From a bacterium (lineage in GTDB: Bacteria > Actinomycetota > Acidimicrobiia > Acidimicrobiales > CATQHL01): 64,000 bases of DNA. How positions within the stretch are numbered: position 1 is the first letter of the stretch; each line of letters begins with the position of its first letter. The notes below the pieces were generated by a model, which ran no database searches, was not told the origin of the DNA, and worked only from the letters and a program-made list of their open reading frames with translations. Of this stretch, positions 52,676 through 62,667 are shown in pieces. The stretch covers positions 61,697-125,696 of the forward strand of contig JAPOVS010000054.1 of NCBI GenBank assembly GCA_026708055.1, written 5' to 3'. The translations under genes were made by a program, and so were the position numbers.

Positions 52676-54307
52676 CTAGAAGCCGTACGCCTCGGCCTTG
52701 ATGGCGAAGAACGCCTCGGCGTAGGTGCCAGCGGCGATCCGTGCCAACTCGGCGTCGAACTCCGCCTGCTGCTCGGGCGTGGCGTCACACATCTTGGCGC
52801 CCACGAACGGGAACGCCCCCACGCTGAACAGGAAGCTCTCGCCCTCGCCGAATGCGCCGTCGGCGATGAGTTCGAGCAGCGTGGCGATGTAGTCGCCCGC
52901 GTCGAACTGCACGGCGATGTCGTAGTGCAGGTCGGTGCGCTCGCAGACGTCGGATGCACCGGCGGACATCGTGATGATGCCCTCTTCGTTGGCCAGCGCG
53001 ACCACCGGCTCGTGCGCACCGCCGAGATACGGATAGACGGCGTCGGCACCCTCGGCAGCGGAGCTGTTGAAGGCCTCGGTCGCCCCGGCGATGTTGTCGA
53101 AGTCGAACGGGTACCTGCCGGTCGGCACGTAGGTCGCCGTGAAGCTCTCGTCCACCGCCTTGAGGCCCATCTCGAAGGTCAGGTAGGACTCCACCTCGAA
53201 GGGCAGGTCGCAGCAGCCGATGAAGTGGGCGCTGTCGCCGCCGCTATCGCGCAGCAGCAGGCCCGTGGCGTAGCCGGCGCTGTAGCCTATCTGCGCGCCG
53301 TCGTCCTGGGACTGGGCGAGGCCCGGAAGCTCCTGGTAGCCCGCGCCGCAGTTGCAGTACCAGAAGATCTCCGGGTACTCCTCGGTAAGGGTCGCAAGAG
53401 GCTCGGCAATCTCACCCGCGCCGACGGCCAGGACGTCCACATTCTGTTCGGCCAGGTTGCGGAGCTCGGTTGCGGCGTCGGCTGGCTGGATGTTGTCGAC
53501 GATGATCGGGGCGGAGAACCCGTTGGCGGCGGAGAAGTCCTCGACGGTCTCGACGAGGGCCTGGTAGTAGGCGCCGTCGTCGCGCGGCCCGGCGGTCGCC
53601 ACACCGAAGAGCACGTCACCGTCGCCGTTCATGTCGAGCGCCGCGATCATGGCGTCCCGCATGAGCATCTCGGTCTGTGCCTGCGCCTCGGCGGCTTCCG
53701 CTTGGGCGGCGGCGGCCTCAGCCTGAGCTGCTTCCGCTTCCGCTTGCGCCGCTGCGGCCTCAGCCTGGGCTGCAGCGGCATCAGCACGGGCCTCTTCGGC
53801 TTCCGCCTGCGCGGCAGCAGCCTGCTCGCGTGCGGCGTCGGCTTCGGCCTGGGCGGCGGCGGCGTCTGCCGAAGCTGCGTCGGCGGCAGCCTGGGCGGCG
53901 GCGAGAGCCTCCTCGGCAGCCGCGACGGCCGCCTGGTTGCCCTCGGCCGTGGCCTGTGCGAGGTCGGCGGCCACCTGGGACGCCTCCGCGGCCAACAGCG
54001 CCGCCTCGGCGGCAGCGGTCGCCGCGGCGGCCTCGGCGCCTGCTGCGGTGGCTTCGGCTCCGGCGGCGGCCGCGTCGGCGGCGGCTGCTGCAGCGTCGGC
54101 GGCCGTGGCTCCGAGCCCGGCTAGCGCCTCGCCGGCATCAGCGGCGGCCGCATCGGCCACGTTCATCGCCGAGTCCGCGGCCTGCGACGCCGCCGAAGCA
54201 GCGGAGGCCGCGGCGTCGGCTGTCTCAGTGTCGGCGCATGAAGCCGCCAGCAGTCCCGCGACGGCGACGGACAAGAGAAGAAGTGATGTGCGTTTTGGTT
54301 GTCTCAT
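52676..54307 (-). CDS. BMP-family ABC substrate-binding lipoprotein with about 200-aa Ala/Glu/Gln-rich spacer
   Basis: ATG at 54307, lipobox LLAASCAD, a long AAAQAEAEAA-type low-complexity region, then a BMP/Med-like binding domain. Confidence 0.8.
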   Translation of the reverse strand: MRQPKRTSLLLLSVAVAGLLAASCADTETADAAASAASAASQAADSAMNVADAAAADAGEALAGLGATAADAAAAAADAAAAGAEATAAGAEAAAATAAAEAALLAAEASQVAADLAQATAEGNQAAVAAAEEALAAAQAAADAASADAAAAQAEADAAREQAAAAQAEAEEARADAAAAQAEAAAAQAEAEAAQAEAAAAQAEAAEAQAQTEMLMRDAMIAALDMNGDGDVLFGVATAGPRDDGAYYQALVETVEDFSAANGFSAPIIVDNIQPADAATELRNLAEQNVDVLAVGAGEIAEPLATLTEEYPEIFWYCNCGAGYQELPGLAQSQDDGAQIGYSAGYATGLLLRDSGGDSAHFIGCCDLPFEVESYLTFEMGLKAVDESFTATYVPTGRYPFDFDNIAGATEAFNSSAAEGADAVYPYLGGAHEPVVALANEEGIITMSAGASDVCERTDLHYDIAVQFDAGDYIATLLELIADGAFGEGESFLFSVGAFPFVGAKMCDATPEQQAEFDAELARIAAGTYAEAFFAIKAEAYGF

Positions 54308-54442
54308 GGGTTGTTCCCCTCTGTCGGGATTGAAGGCGCCGGATTCGGGCACCTGCTTCTCTACCGGCCAATTGGTCATGCATCATGCCACACGCGCGGA
54401 GAGGCAGCGATTGGCCAGACCCTAACGGCCGGTGCCGACACC

Positions 54443-54612
54443 TCAGGCGCCGGCGGCCGCTCGCCCGGCCAGCAGGAACTTGCGGATCTTGCCGACCGAT
54501 GTGCGGGGCAACTCGTCCAGCAACCTCAGGTCGCGCGGCCTGGCGGCCTCGCCGAGGCGCTCGTCGCACCAGGCATCAGTTCGACGGTGCTGGGGGCCGC
54601 GCCGGGTGCGCC
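54443..54612 (-). pseudogene. relic of the 3' end of an acyl-CoA ligase paralog
   Basis: About 140 bp similar to 55801-55940 (CAGCAGGAACTTGCGGATCTTGCCGACCGA...), including a KFLLAGRAAAGA-stop tail. Frame-disrupting indels are present. Confidence 0.65.
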
Positions 54613-54614
54613 AG

Positions 54615-55191
54615 ATGCTCTCCAGTGGCGCGCTGGTGGGTCAGCGTGTTGGCGGTGTCTGGGTGGTCGACGAGCACGCTGTGCGGGTGGCCGCTGGTGC
54701 TCGGCGACCTGCTCATCGGCCGTGGAGCGCTGCTTCGGCGTGGGCGGTGCTCGGGTTGGCGTGCGGCGAGGAGCCCGACGGCTCGGCCACGGCGCGCCGT
54801 CGGGCCCGCGAGCGCTACGCCCGCGGACTTCCCGAGTTGCTCGACCAGCCGGTTCTACGCCCACCCGGCAGCGGTCCCGCGGATCGCGGATCGCCCTGGT
54901 GTGGTCCGCACAGGCGCCAGCGCGGCGTCCGAGCACGGCCTGGACCTCGCCGGCGCGGGCCCCCTCGACGCGTACGTTCGCGCCGGCGAGTTGGAACCCC
55001 TGCTCAAGGAAGTGCCGATGGAGGAACGTGCCGACACCTGCAACGTGCGCCTGCGCGCTGTGCAGGACGCCTGCTGGCCGTTCCCGCCCGGAACCGCGGC
55101 AGCGCCGCTTGCTGTCGTCGCCGTGGATCTCGCAGAATCCCCCAACGCTCGCGAGCGCCGCCTCGGCGTCGAACTGCTCGGACGCCTGTGA
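54615..55191 (+). pseudogene. AbiEi-like antitoxin-type gene, apparent frameshift near 54830-54860
   Basis: The N-terminal part reads in frame 3 from ATG 54615. The C-terminal part (VVRTGASAASEHGLDLAGAGPLDAYV...) reads in frame 1 and ends at TGA 55189-55191. Confidence 0.4.
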
Positions 55192-55577
55192 ACGTCCCGC
55201 GGCTGTCGGGGCCGCCGCTGGCGTTGCCCGCCTCTCGGGGGCCGGCCGGCGAGATCTGGACCACATTGTGCGAACTTGCCGCCGCCAAGCCCGACGGCTG
55301 GACCCTGATCGGCGGACAGATGGTGCTGCTGCACGCCCTCGAGCGCGACGCCGAGCCGACTCGCACCTCGACCGATCTGGACATCTTGGTCAACGCTCGG
55401 ATCGTCGTCGGCGCTGTGGGAGCCTTCGTCAGCCTCATCGAGACGCTCGGGTTCACGATCGCGTCGCCCGACCACGCCGTCTGGACCGACTTCGCGGGGC
55501 CCGCCGCGGCCCGGGCCAGGCTGGCCCTGCGCACCCTGCTCCCCGGCGCGTCGCCGGCCGCCAGTCCCACCACATGA
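55188..55577 (+). CDS. small nucleotidyltransferase-like protein (possible truncated AbiEii-like toxin)
   Basis: GTGA overlap with the upstream stop. WTLIGGQMVLLHAL...RTSTDLDILV resembles a minimal NTase GG...DxD core. Confidence 0.35.
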   Translation: MNVPRLSGPPLALPASRGPAGEIWTTLCELAAAKPDGWTLIGGQMVLLHALERDAEPTRTSTDLDILVNARIVVGAVGAFVSLIETLGFTIASPDHAVWTDFAGPAAARARLALRTLLPGASPAASPTT

Positions 55578-55773
55578 GGACGAAGACACGAATGGGCTCG
55601 AAGGCAGCCAAGATCACCCGGATGGCCGCGATCCGCAGGGGCGCGACGACCCGGGGACGGGAGACCCGGTTCCAGATACCGACCAGCCGGCGGGGACGGA
55701 CGATTCAGATGGTACGCAGCCTTCGTGGTCGCCTCATAGGCGTCCGGAAGACCGGTTAGCGGATCCGCGTCGC

Positions 55774-57363
55774 TCAGTTGTCTCGGGCGGCGCGATCGGC
55801 GAGCAGGAACTTGCGGATCTTGCCGACCGACGTGCGGGGGAGTTCGTCCAGCAACCTCAGCTCGCGGGGCATGGCCGCCTTGCCGAGGCGCTCGTCGCAC
55901 CAGGCCATCAGCTCGGCGGTGCTGGGGGGCCGCGCCGGGTCTCGGGCCACCACGAACCCCACCGGCACCTCGTCGCGGACCGGATCGGGCCGGCCCACCA
56001 CGGCGGCCTCCAGCACACCGGGATGTGCGGCCAGCACCGCCTCCACGGCGACGACCGACACGTTCTCGCCCGACACCTTCAGCACCTCGCTGCGGCGGCC
56101 GTCGAAGTAGTAGTGGCCCGCTGCATCACGGCGCGCCCGGTCGCCGGTCAGCAACCAGCCGTCGCGGAACGAGGCTTCGGTGTTCTCCGGGTCGTCCAGG
56201 TACCCCGAGAACAGGGTAATGCCGCGCTCACCGCCCACGACGAGCTCGCCGACCTGGCCGTCGGGAACCGGCCCGCCGGCAGCATCGGTGATGTCGACCA
56301 GGCAGCCCGGCGTCTGCTGCCCCATCGAGGACGGCACGGGATCGGTGCGGGGGTTGGTCAGCGCGGCCGGCAGGGTCTCGGTCATGCCCCAGAGCTGGCG
56401 GGGCAGGCAGCCGAACAGCTCGGAGAGCTGCGCGTACTGGTCGTCGTTCACGTTCTGGGCGTACCAGCAGTGATCCAGGCTGAGCTTCGGACCAGCGGCG
56501 CCGCGGGCGAGGATCATGCGCATCGGCGCGGCGAAGAGGCTGGCCGCGGTGGCCTCCCCGGCGGCGGCCTGGGCGCAGAAGCGGCTCGCCGAGAAGGCCG
56601 GCTGCAGCACCACCGCGGCGCCGCACCAGATGGCCGCGGCGAAGGAGTAGTACTGCGCGTTGCCGTGGAAGAGCGGCAGCACCACCAGCAGCCGGTGCCC
56701 CGGGCCGAAGCCCGCCCGCTCGGCCATGATCTTGCCACAGAAGGCGTAGTTGGCCTGCGTGATCTCGGTGCCCTTGGGCCGACCGGTGGTGCCGGAGGTG
56801 AACATCACCGCAGCTACATCGCGCAGGCCGTGGTCGGGACGGGCAGGCGCAGCGGCGCAGCGTCCGGTGTCGCCGATCACGCCGTCGAGGTGCGGGGCAT
56901 GCTCGTCGACCGCCACGACCTCCGTGGCGAGTCCGGGTGCCAGCTCTGCGGCCTCGGCGGTCGCCTTGCGGTATTCCCCGGCCCGGTCGGCGGCGCAGAA
57001 TCCCACCGCCGGGTTCGTCCGCGAGATGTGCCCCGCCAGTTCAGGCACCCGCCCGAACGGGTCCGAGGGCACCATGACGGCGCCCAGCCGCACCGCCGCC
57101 AGCCAGACGGCCACGAACGTCGGCCCGTTGGCCAGCGCCATGTGCACCGCACGACCGGGCCGCACCCCCGCTGCGTGCAGACGGACCGCCACGGCGTCGA
57201 CAGCGCGGTCGAAGTCCCCGTAGCTCCACTCGGCAACAGCGCCGTCCGGCGCCGCATAGCGCAGGAACAGTCCCCCGGGATCCCGCGCCACGGCGCGATC
57301 CCAGACCTCGGCGAACGTCACCGCCTCCGGCCAATGACCCGGCGTCGCCCTCCGACCCGTCAC
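55774..57363 (-). CDS. AMP-dependent acyl-CoA synthetase/ligase
   Basis: AMP-binding motif MFTSGTTGRPKG. C-terminal GKIRKFLL. Confidence 0.85.
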   Translation of the reverse strand: MTGRRATPGHWPEAVTFAEVWDRAVARDPGGLFLRYAAPDGAVAEWSYGDFDRAVDAVAVRLHAAGVRPGRAVHMALANGPTFVAVWLAAVRLGAVMVPSDPFGRVPELAGHISRTNPAVGFCAADRAGEYRKATAEAAELAPGLATEVVAVDEHAPHLDGVIGDTGRCAAAPARPDHGLRDVAAVMFTSGTTGRPKGTEITQANYAFCGKIMAERAGFGPGHRLLVVLPLFHGNAQYYSFAAAIWCGAAVVLQPAFSASRFCAQAAAGEATAASLFAAPMRMILARGAAGPKLSLDHCWYAQNVNDDQYAQLSELFGCLPRQLWGMTETLPAALTNPRTDPVPSSMGQQTPGCLVDITDAAGGPVPDGQVGELVVGGERGITLFSGYLDDPENTEASFRDGWLLTGDRARRDAAGHYYFDGRRSEVLKVSGENVSVVAVEAVLAAHPGVLEAAVVGRPDPVRDEVPVGFVVARDPARPPSTAELMAWCDERLGKAAMPRELRLLDELPRTSVGKIRKFLLADRAARDN

Positions 57364-57375
57364 CTTCGGGGAACC

Positions 57376-57819
57376 TCAGGCAGCCGTCGCGTCCGGGACG
57401 CGGTCTGGTGCGCGGAGGCGATTGCAGGCAGGCGCCCGGCCGAGTGGGGTCGAGGCGTCCGCTGCGAGCATGAACGCGTCCACGGCCATCAGCCGACCGT
57501 TTACCGGGTCGACACCCAGACCGAATATCTCCAGGGTGACGGCACCGAGGAGCGGCAGCGAGTGCTCGTCCCAGAACACGACCGGCGATATGCGCTCCCT
57601 GCGGTCGAGTCGCATCCAGGTTTGGCCGAATCCCCGCTCCACACGGCTGCCGTCGGCCAGGACGAATGTCTGTGAGTCGTGCGGCGTCACACCCAGGCGT
57701 TCGAGGATCGACGCCGGCAGCACGGTGTACGTCGCGCCCGAATCGACCATGGCCTCTACCTCCTCGTAGCGGCGGCCCTGTGGATCCGCGACCCCCAGCG
57801 TGACGGTGAACGTTCCCAT
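57376..57819 (-). CDS. retropepsin-like (clan AA) aspartic protease domain protein
   Basis: VDSGATYTVLP active-site-like motif. GGAGG lies 4 nt upstream of the ATG. Confidence 0.65.
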   Translation of the reverse strand: MGTFTVTLGVADPQGRRYEEVEAMVDSGATYTVLPASILERLGVTPHDSQTFVLADGSRVERGFGQTWMRLDRRERISPVVFWDEHSLPLLGAVTLEIFGLGVDPVNGRLMAVDAFMLAADASTPLGRAPACNRLRAPDRVPDATAA

Positions 57820-57995
57820 CAGTCCTCCAGGTTCATCTGCGACAGCCGACGAGAACCTTAGGCGTCCCCGCGTTCGATGGCAACATTGATGTTATCAAAT
57901 GTCATGTCACATCTTTTCGCCTGGCTTCTTGACCCGCACGGTGGGATGCCTGAGACGAGGAGGATCGGCGCGCTGGCAACGATGCGCCTGCGGTG

Positions 57996-59639
57996 CTACG
58001 AGCGATCCGGGTCACCTCCGATGGGTGCAGCCGGGGGGCCGTAGCCGCCTCCGCCGGGGAGGTCGAGGCGGACCACGTCGTCGGGGCCGAGGCTGAGGCG
58101 GGCCTGCGTGGTGACCGGCTCGCCGTTGACGCAGAAGCGGCCCGCCGCGCCCGGCTCGCCACCGTCGAGACCCTGGGGGGCCGCGGTGAGGCGGCTCGTG
58201 ACGGCGTTGAGCTGCCACTCCCGGTCGGTGTCGACCAGGAACTCGATGGTCTGGCCGTCGCCGCCGGGCTGCCGTCCGGCGCCGCCGGAGCCCACCCGCA
58301 ACTCCTTGCGCAGGAAACGGATGGGCGCCGAGGCCTCCACGACCTCCACCGGCACCGCGGCCACGCCCGTGGGGTACGAGCAGGCCGACAGCCCCGGCTT
58401 GGCGGCCCGCCCGCCGACGCCGCCGGCGTAGGTGAACATGGCGGTGATGAAGGGGCTGCCGTCGGGGTGGGCGCCGCTGACCTGCATGGTCCACACCGCA
58501 CCGGATCCCTCCGCCATGGCCTGGGAGGGCTTGAGGGGCGCCAGGGCCTTCAGCAGGGCGTTGGGCAGGAACATGCCGACCACGTGGCGCGCCGTGCAGG
58601 GCTGGGGCGACACCGCGTTGACGATCGACCCTTCGGGTGCCGCCAGGCGGATCGGGGCCAGGCTGCCGTGGTTGTTGGGGATCTCGGGATTCAACATAGA
58701 CCGGACGGTGAACGTGGTGTAGGCGTGCGTGTAGTTGCGCACGACGTTGATCCCCCAGCGGCTCGCCGCGGACGAGCCCTCGTAGGAGACCAAGATCTCG
58801 CCCAGTTCCGGATCGACGGTCACCTCGCAGTGGATGATCACCATCGAGCCGTCGGCGAGGTCCAGCAGCGCCTCCGCCTCGTGCGTGCCCGCCGGCAGGG
58901 CGCGGATGCTCTCGCGGGTGGCCTCCTCGGAACGCTCGATGATCTCGTCGGCCAGGTCGTCGATGTCGTCGAGGCCCCAAGCGTCGCAGAGGGTCTGCAG
59001 GCGCTCCGCCCCCACCGCGGCGGAGGCCATCTGGGCGTGGAGATCTCCGGCGACGTGGTCGGGCGTGCGGACGTTGGAGAGGATGAAGCTCCACACGTCG
59101 CTGTTCCGCTCGCCGGCTGCCATGAGCTTGCAGATGGGGATCCAGAGCCCCTCCTCGAACACGTCCCGCCCGCCGGCGCCGATGCCGTAGCCGCCCACGT
59201 CGGAGTGGTGGATGGTGGAGCAGAAGAAGGCGATGAGCCGCCCGCCGCGGAACACCGGCGTCATGACCGTCACGTCGAGCAGCTGGCCGCACGTCTTGTA
59301 GGGGTCGTTGGTGATGAGCACGTCGCCCGGCGCCAGCGTCTCGGCGGGATGCTCGGCCAGCACGGCCACGACGCCCATGGCCAGGGAGTTGATGTGGCCG
59401 GGCGTGCCGGTCACGGCCTGGGCGACCATGCGCCCCCTCGGGTCGAACAGGCCGTTGGCGAGGTCACCGGCCTCCCGCACGATGGGGCTGAACGCCGAGC
59501 GCTGCAGGGCGGTGGCCTGCTCGTTGACCGTGGAGATGATGCTCTGCCAGAGAACCTGCAGATCGACGCCGTCGAAGCGCCGCCTCGGTGCGCCGGAGGC
59601 GGACATCGTGTCTCCGGGACTCCCGGCCGCTGAACTCAT
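57996..59639 (-). CDS. hyuB: hydantoinase B/oxoprolinase family protein
   Basis: The ATG at 59639 overlaps the hyuA stop (ATGA). Conserved HyuB N-terminus DLQVLWQSIISTVNEQA..LQRSAFSPIVRE. Confidence 0.85.
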   Translation of the reverse strand: MSSAAGSPGDTMSASGAPRRRFDGVDLQVLWQSIISTVNEQATALQRSAFSPIVREAGDLANGLFDPRGRMVAQAVTGTPGHINSLAMGVVAVLAEHPAETLAPGDVLITNDPYKTCGQLLDVTVMTPVFRGGRLIAFFCSTIHHSDVGGYGIGAGGRDVFEEGLWIPICKLMAAGERNSDVWSFILSNVRTPDHVAGDLHAQMASAAVGAERLQTLCDAWGLDDIDDLADEIIERSEEATRESIRALPAGTHEAEALLDLADGSMVIIHCEVTVDPELGEILVSYEGSSAASRWGINVVRNYTHAYTTFTVRSMLNPEIPNNHGSLAPIRLAAPEGSIVNAVSPQPCTARHVVGMFLPNALLKALAPLKPSQAMAEGSGAVWTMQVSGAHPDGSPFITAMFTYAGGVGGRAAKPGLSACSYPTGVAAVPVEVVEASAPIRFLRKELRVGSGGAGRQPGGDGQTIEFLVDTDREWQLNAVTSRLTAAPQGLDGGEPGAAGRFCVNGEPVTTQARLSLGPDDVVRLDLPGGGGYGPPAAPIGGDPDRS

Positions 59640-61720
59640 GCCGCCTCCTCCCGCTGCGCCAGCATGCTGCCGTCGGCGCTGACCTCGACGGTCCAGCCGG
59701 GGCGGATCACGACGGTCGTCTCGGCCTCGGAGATGATGACCGGGCCATCGAGGCGCGTTCCCGCCGGCAGCCCGGCGCGCTCGTAGACCGCCACGTCGTC
59801 GGGTCCGCGGTCCCGACCGAAGCGCACCGTGCGCCGCTCGATCGGAGGAGCCTCGCCGCCGGCGGGCACCGCAAGGTCGGGCGCCACACCGGTGACCGGC
59901 GCCCACGCCGACAGCCGCCACGTCACGACCTCGGCGGGCACGTCGTCGATCGTGAGCCCGTAAACCCGTTTGTACTCGGCCTCGAAGGCGGCCAATGTCT
60001 CGGCGTCGTCGGTGGGCCATTCGGGTCCCTCGCCCAACCAGACGGTGATCTCGTTGCCCTGACCGCGGTAGCGGACGTCGATGCCGTAGCGGAAGCGCAC
60101 CTCGGAGGCGGGAACGCCCGCCCCCCCCAGAACGCGCCGCCCCTCGCTGCGCATGGACTCCAGGAGCTCGCTGGCGTCGTCGCTTCGCAGGTCGGTCAGG
60201 GGCCGCAGCAGGCTGCGGGCGAGGTCGATGCGCACGGGGGTGACGAGGGTCCCGAAGGCCGACAGCACGCTGGCGTGGGGCGGGAACACCACCCGCGAGG
60301 ACTCCACCAGCTCGGCCACCCGGCAGGCGTGCACGGGTCCTGCCCCGCCGAAGGCCAGCAGCGTCACGCCCCGCAGGTCCACGCCCCGCTCGACGGCGTG
60401 CATGCGCGCCGAGGCGGCCATGTTCTGGTCCACGACCTCCACGATGCCCGAGGCGAGGCTCTCGGCGGTGAGGTCGAGGCGCTCGGCGAGCGGTTCGGCG
60501 GCCGTGCGCGCCGCCTCGGTGTCCAGCGGCATCTCGCCGCCCAGGAAGGCCTCGGCGCTGAGATAGCCCACGAGCAGGTCGGCGTCGGTCACCGCGGGCG
60601 CCGTGCCGCCGCGCCCGTACGAGGCCGGCCCCGGGTCGGCGCCCGCCGAGACGGGACCGACACGCAGCAACCCCAGATCGTCGACCCGCGCCAGGCTCCC
60701 GCCCCCGGCGCCGATCTCCACGAGGTCGACCGAGGGCACCAGCACCGGGTAGCCGGACCCCTTCTTGAAGCGATACACCCGGGCGATCTCGAAGGAGGAG
60801 GTGAGCGCCGGTTCGAAGTCCTCGATGAGACAGGCCTTCGCCGTGGTGCCGCCCATGTCGAAGCACAGCAGGCGATCCTCCCCGAGCCGCTGCGAGTACC
60901 ACGTGCCGGCCAGCGCCCCGGCCGCGGGACCCGACTCCACGAGGCGGATCGGCACGCGTGCGGCCTCGGTGGCGGCGACCACCCCCCCGTTCGAGAGCAT
61001 CATCAGCACCGAGCCGCCGAATCCCTCCGCAGCGAGCCAGCGCTCTAAGTCGTTCAGATAGGTGCCCAGCACGGGCATGGCGGCGGCGTTGCAGGCCGTC
61101 GTCATCATGCGCGGGTACTCCCGGATCTGCGGCGCCACCTCCGCCGACAGGCAGACGGGCACACCGAGCGCCGCCGCCAGGCGCTCCCCCGCCGCCCGCT
61201 CGTTGGCGCCGTTCATGTAGGAGTTCACGAAACACACACCCACGGCCTCCACCTCGGCGGCGGCCAGTTTGGCGGCGATTCCGTCGAGTTCGGCGACGCC
61301 GGGGGCCCTCAGCACCTCACCCCGGGCGTTCACCCGCTCGTCGAGCTCGAGGATCCGCTCCCGCGGGATCGGCGGGTCGGGGAACTCGATCTGCAGGTCG
61401 TACATGTCGTAGCGGTGCTCGTCCCGGATCGCCAGCGTGTCGGCGAAGCCCCGCGTCACGACGAGGGCCGCACGTCCGGCGCGGCGCTGCACCAGCGCAT
61501 TGGTGACCAGCGTGGTGGCGTGCACGATCGGAGCGGTCACCTCGGCGGCCGCCACCCCGGCACGATCCAGCACGCTGGCGATGGCCGTCTGCACCGCCTC
61601 GAGCGGGTTGGCCGGCGTGGTCAGTTCCTTGCCGACGACGACGCGGCCGCTGTCGGCGTCGAGCAGGACGGTGTCGGTGAACGTGCCGCCGATGTCGACG
61701 GCGAGGCGCCAGTCAGCCAT
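59636..61720 (-). CDS. hyuA: hydantoinase A/oxoprolinase family protein
   Basis: N-terminal ATPase motif LAVDIGGTFTDTVL. Confidence 0.85.
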   Translation of the reverse strand: MADWRLAVDIGGTFTDTVLLDADSGRVVVGKELTTPANPLEAVQTAIASVLDRAGVAAAEVTAPIVHATTLVTNALVQRRAGRAALVVTRGFADTLAIRDEHRYDMYDLQIEFPDPPIPRERILELDERVNARGEVLRAPGVAELDGIAAKLAAAEVEAVGVCFVNSYMNGANERAAGERLAAALGVPVCLSAEVAPQIREYPRMMTTACNAAAMPVLGTYLNDLERWLAAEGFGGSVLMMLSNGGVVAATEAARVPIRLVESGPAAGALAGTWYSQRLGEDRLLCFDMGGTTAKACLIEDFEPALTSSFEIARVYRFKKGSGYPVLVPSVDLVEIGAGGGSLARVDDLGLLRVGPVSAGADPGPASYGRGGTAPAVTDADLLVGYLSAEAFLGGEMPLDTEAARTAAEPLAERLDLTAESLASGIVEVVDQNMAASARMHAVERGVDLRGVTLLAFGGAGPVHACRVAELVESSRVVFPPHASVLSAFGTLVTPVRIDLARSLLRPLTDLRSDDASELLESMRSEGRRVLGGAGVPASEVRFRYGIDVRYRGQGNEITVWLGEGPEWPTDDAETLAAFEAEYKRVYGLTIDDVPAEVVTWRLSAWAPVTGVAPDLAVPAGGEAPPIERRTVRFGRDRGPDDVAVYERAGLPAGTRLDGPVIISEAETTVVIRPGWTVEVSADGSMLAQREEAA

Positions 61721-62150
61721 CAGCGGCGGGTTCCCGCACAGCCTGCGTCGCGGCGGCGTAGCCCTCCAGCAGGTCGTCGCGGGGCGGGGCGAAGACGTCG
61801 AGGATCCAGCACTCGTTGTACTCCTCGTCGCCCACGAAGACGCTGTCGCCGTGCCACACGCCCTTGTAGGCCAGGTACGAGTCGCCCGGGCCCAGCACCG
61901 TCCGCTCCCGCTCGCCGGGCGGGCCCGCTTCGTCGCCGATGCGGAAGTCCAACGCGCCGCGCACGATGATGCCGAGCTGCTCGTGGTCGGGATGGTTGTG
62001 CAGGTACGACCCGGGCGTGCCCCCGGCGATGCGCCAGAAGCACAGCTGCAGGCCGTCGCCGGTGATCACCCGGCGGCGGAACCCGGGACGGGCCGTCTCA
62101 ATGAACGCCTCCTCGTCGAGGAAGAACACTGTCTGGCGGCTGAGATCCAC
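61713..62150 (-). CDS. cupin domain protein
   Basis: The GTG at 62150 is preceded by GGGGAAAGG. Cupin motif YLHNHPDHEQLGIIVRG. Confidence 0.65.
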   Translation of the reverse strand: MDLSRQTVFFLDEEAFIETARPGFRRRVITGDGLQLCFWRIAGGTPGSYLHNHPDHEQLGIIVRGALDFRIGDEAGPPGERERTVLGPGDSYLAYKGVWHGDSVFVGDEEYNECWILDVFAPPRDDLLEGYAAATQAVREPAADG

Positions 62151-62181
62151 GCGGTTGCCTTTCCCCTGCAGCGGCGCGGGC

Positions 62182-62667
62182 TCAGCTGAGGCCGACGGCG
62201 GCGAAGCGCTCGCGCTCGGCCGGAAGGTCCAGCGGTTCGACGATGGCCTGATGCTCGGCGTCGCCCCAGTGCTCGGGCGGCACCAGCCACATGACCTCGA
62301 ACTCCAGGCCGTCGGGGTCGCGGGCGTAGAGGCTCTTGTTGCATCCGTGGTCGCTCGCCCCCACCAGGGCACCGGTGGCCTGCAGGCGCCGCCGCGCCTC
62401 ATCCAGGGCCTCCAGAGTGGGCACCTCCCAGGCGATGTGGTACAGGCCGACGGTGCGCCGGCCGGCCTCCGACGCCCCCGCCTCCTCGCCGACGCTGAAG
62501 AAGGCGATGTCGTGGTGGTTCTCCGACTCGGGCGCCCGCATGAAGGCGAACGCCCCGCCGGGCCCGTCGATGACCGGCTCGAAGCCCAGCAAGTCGGCGT
62601 AGAACTCGGCGTGGCGCCGGGCGTCGCGCACGTAGAGCACGGCGTGGTTCATGCCGGTGATCCGCAT
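62182..62667 (-). CDS. VOC family protein (glyoxalase/extradiol dioxygenase-like)
   Basis: MNHAVLYVRDARRHAEFYADLLGFEPV...HIAWEV. Confidence 0.75.
   Translation of the reverse strand: MRITGMNHAVLYVRDARRHAEFYADLLGFEPVIDGPGGAFAFMRAPESENHHDIAFFSVGEEAGASEAGRRTVGLYHIAWEVPTLEALDEARRRLQATGALVGASDHGCNKSLYARDPDGLEFEVMWLVPPEHWGDAEHQAIVEPLDLPAERERFAAVGLS

Noticed and set aside
55590-55773. Possible small gene between the NTase-like ORF and the ligase stop
   Set aside because: There is no convincing start or RBS and no motif. It is only covered by long shadow ORFs.
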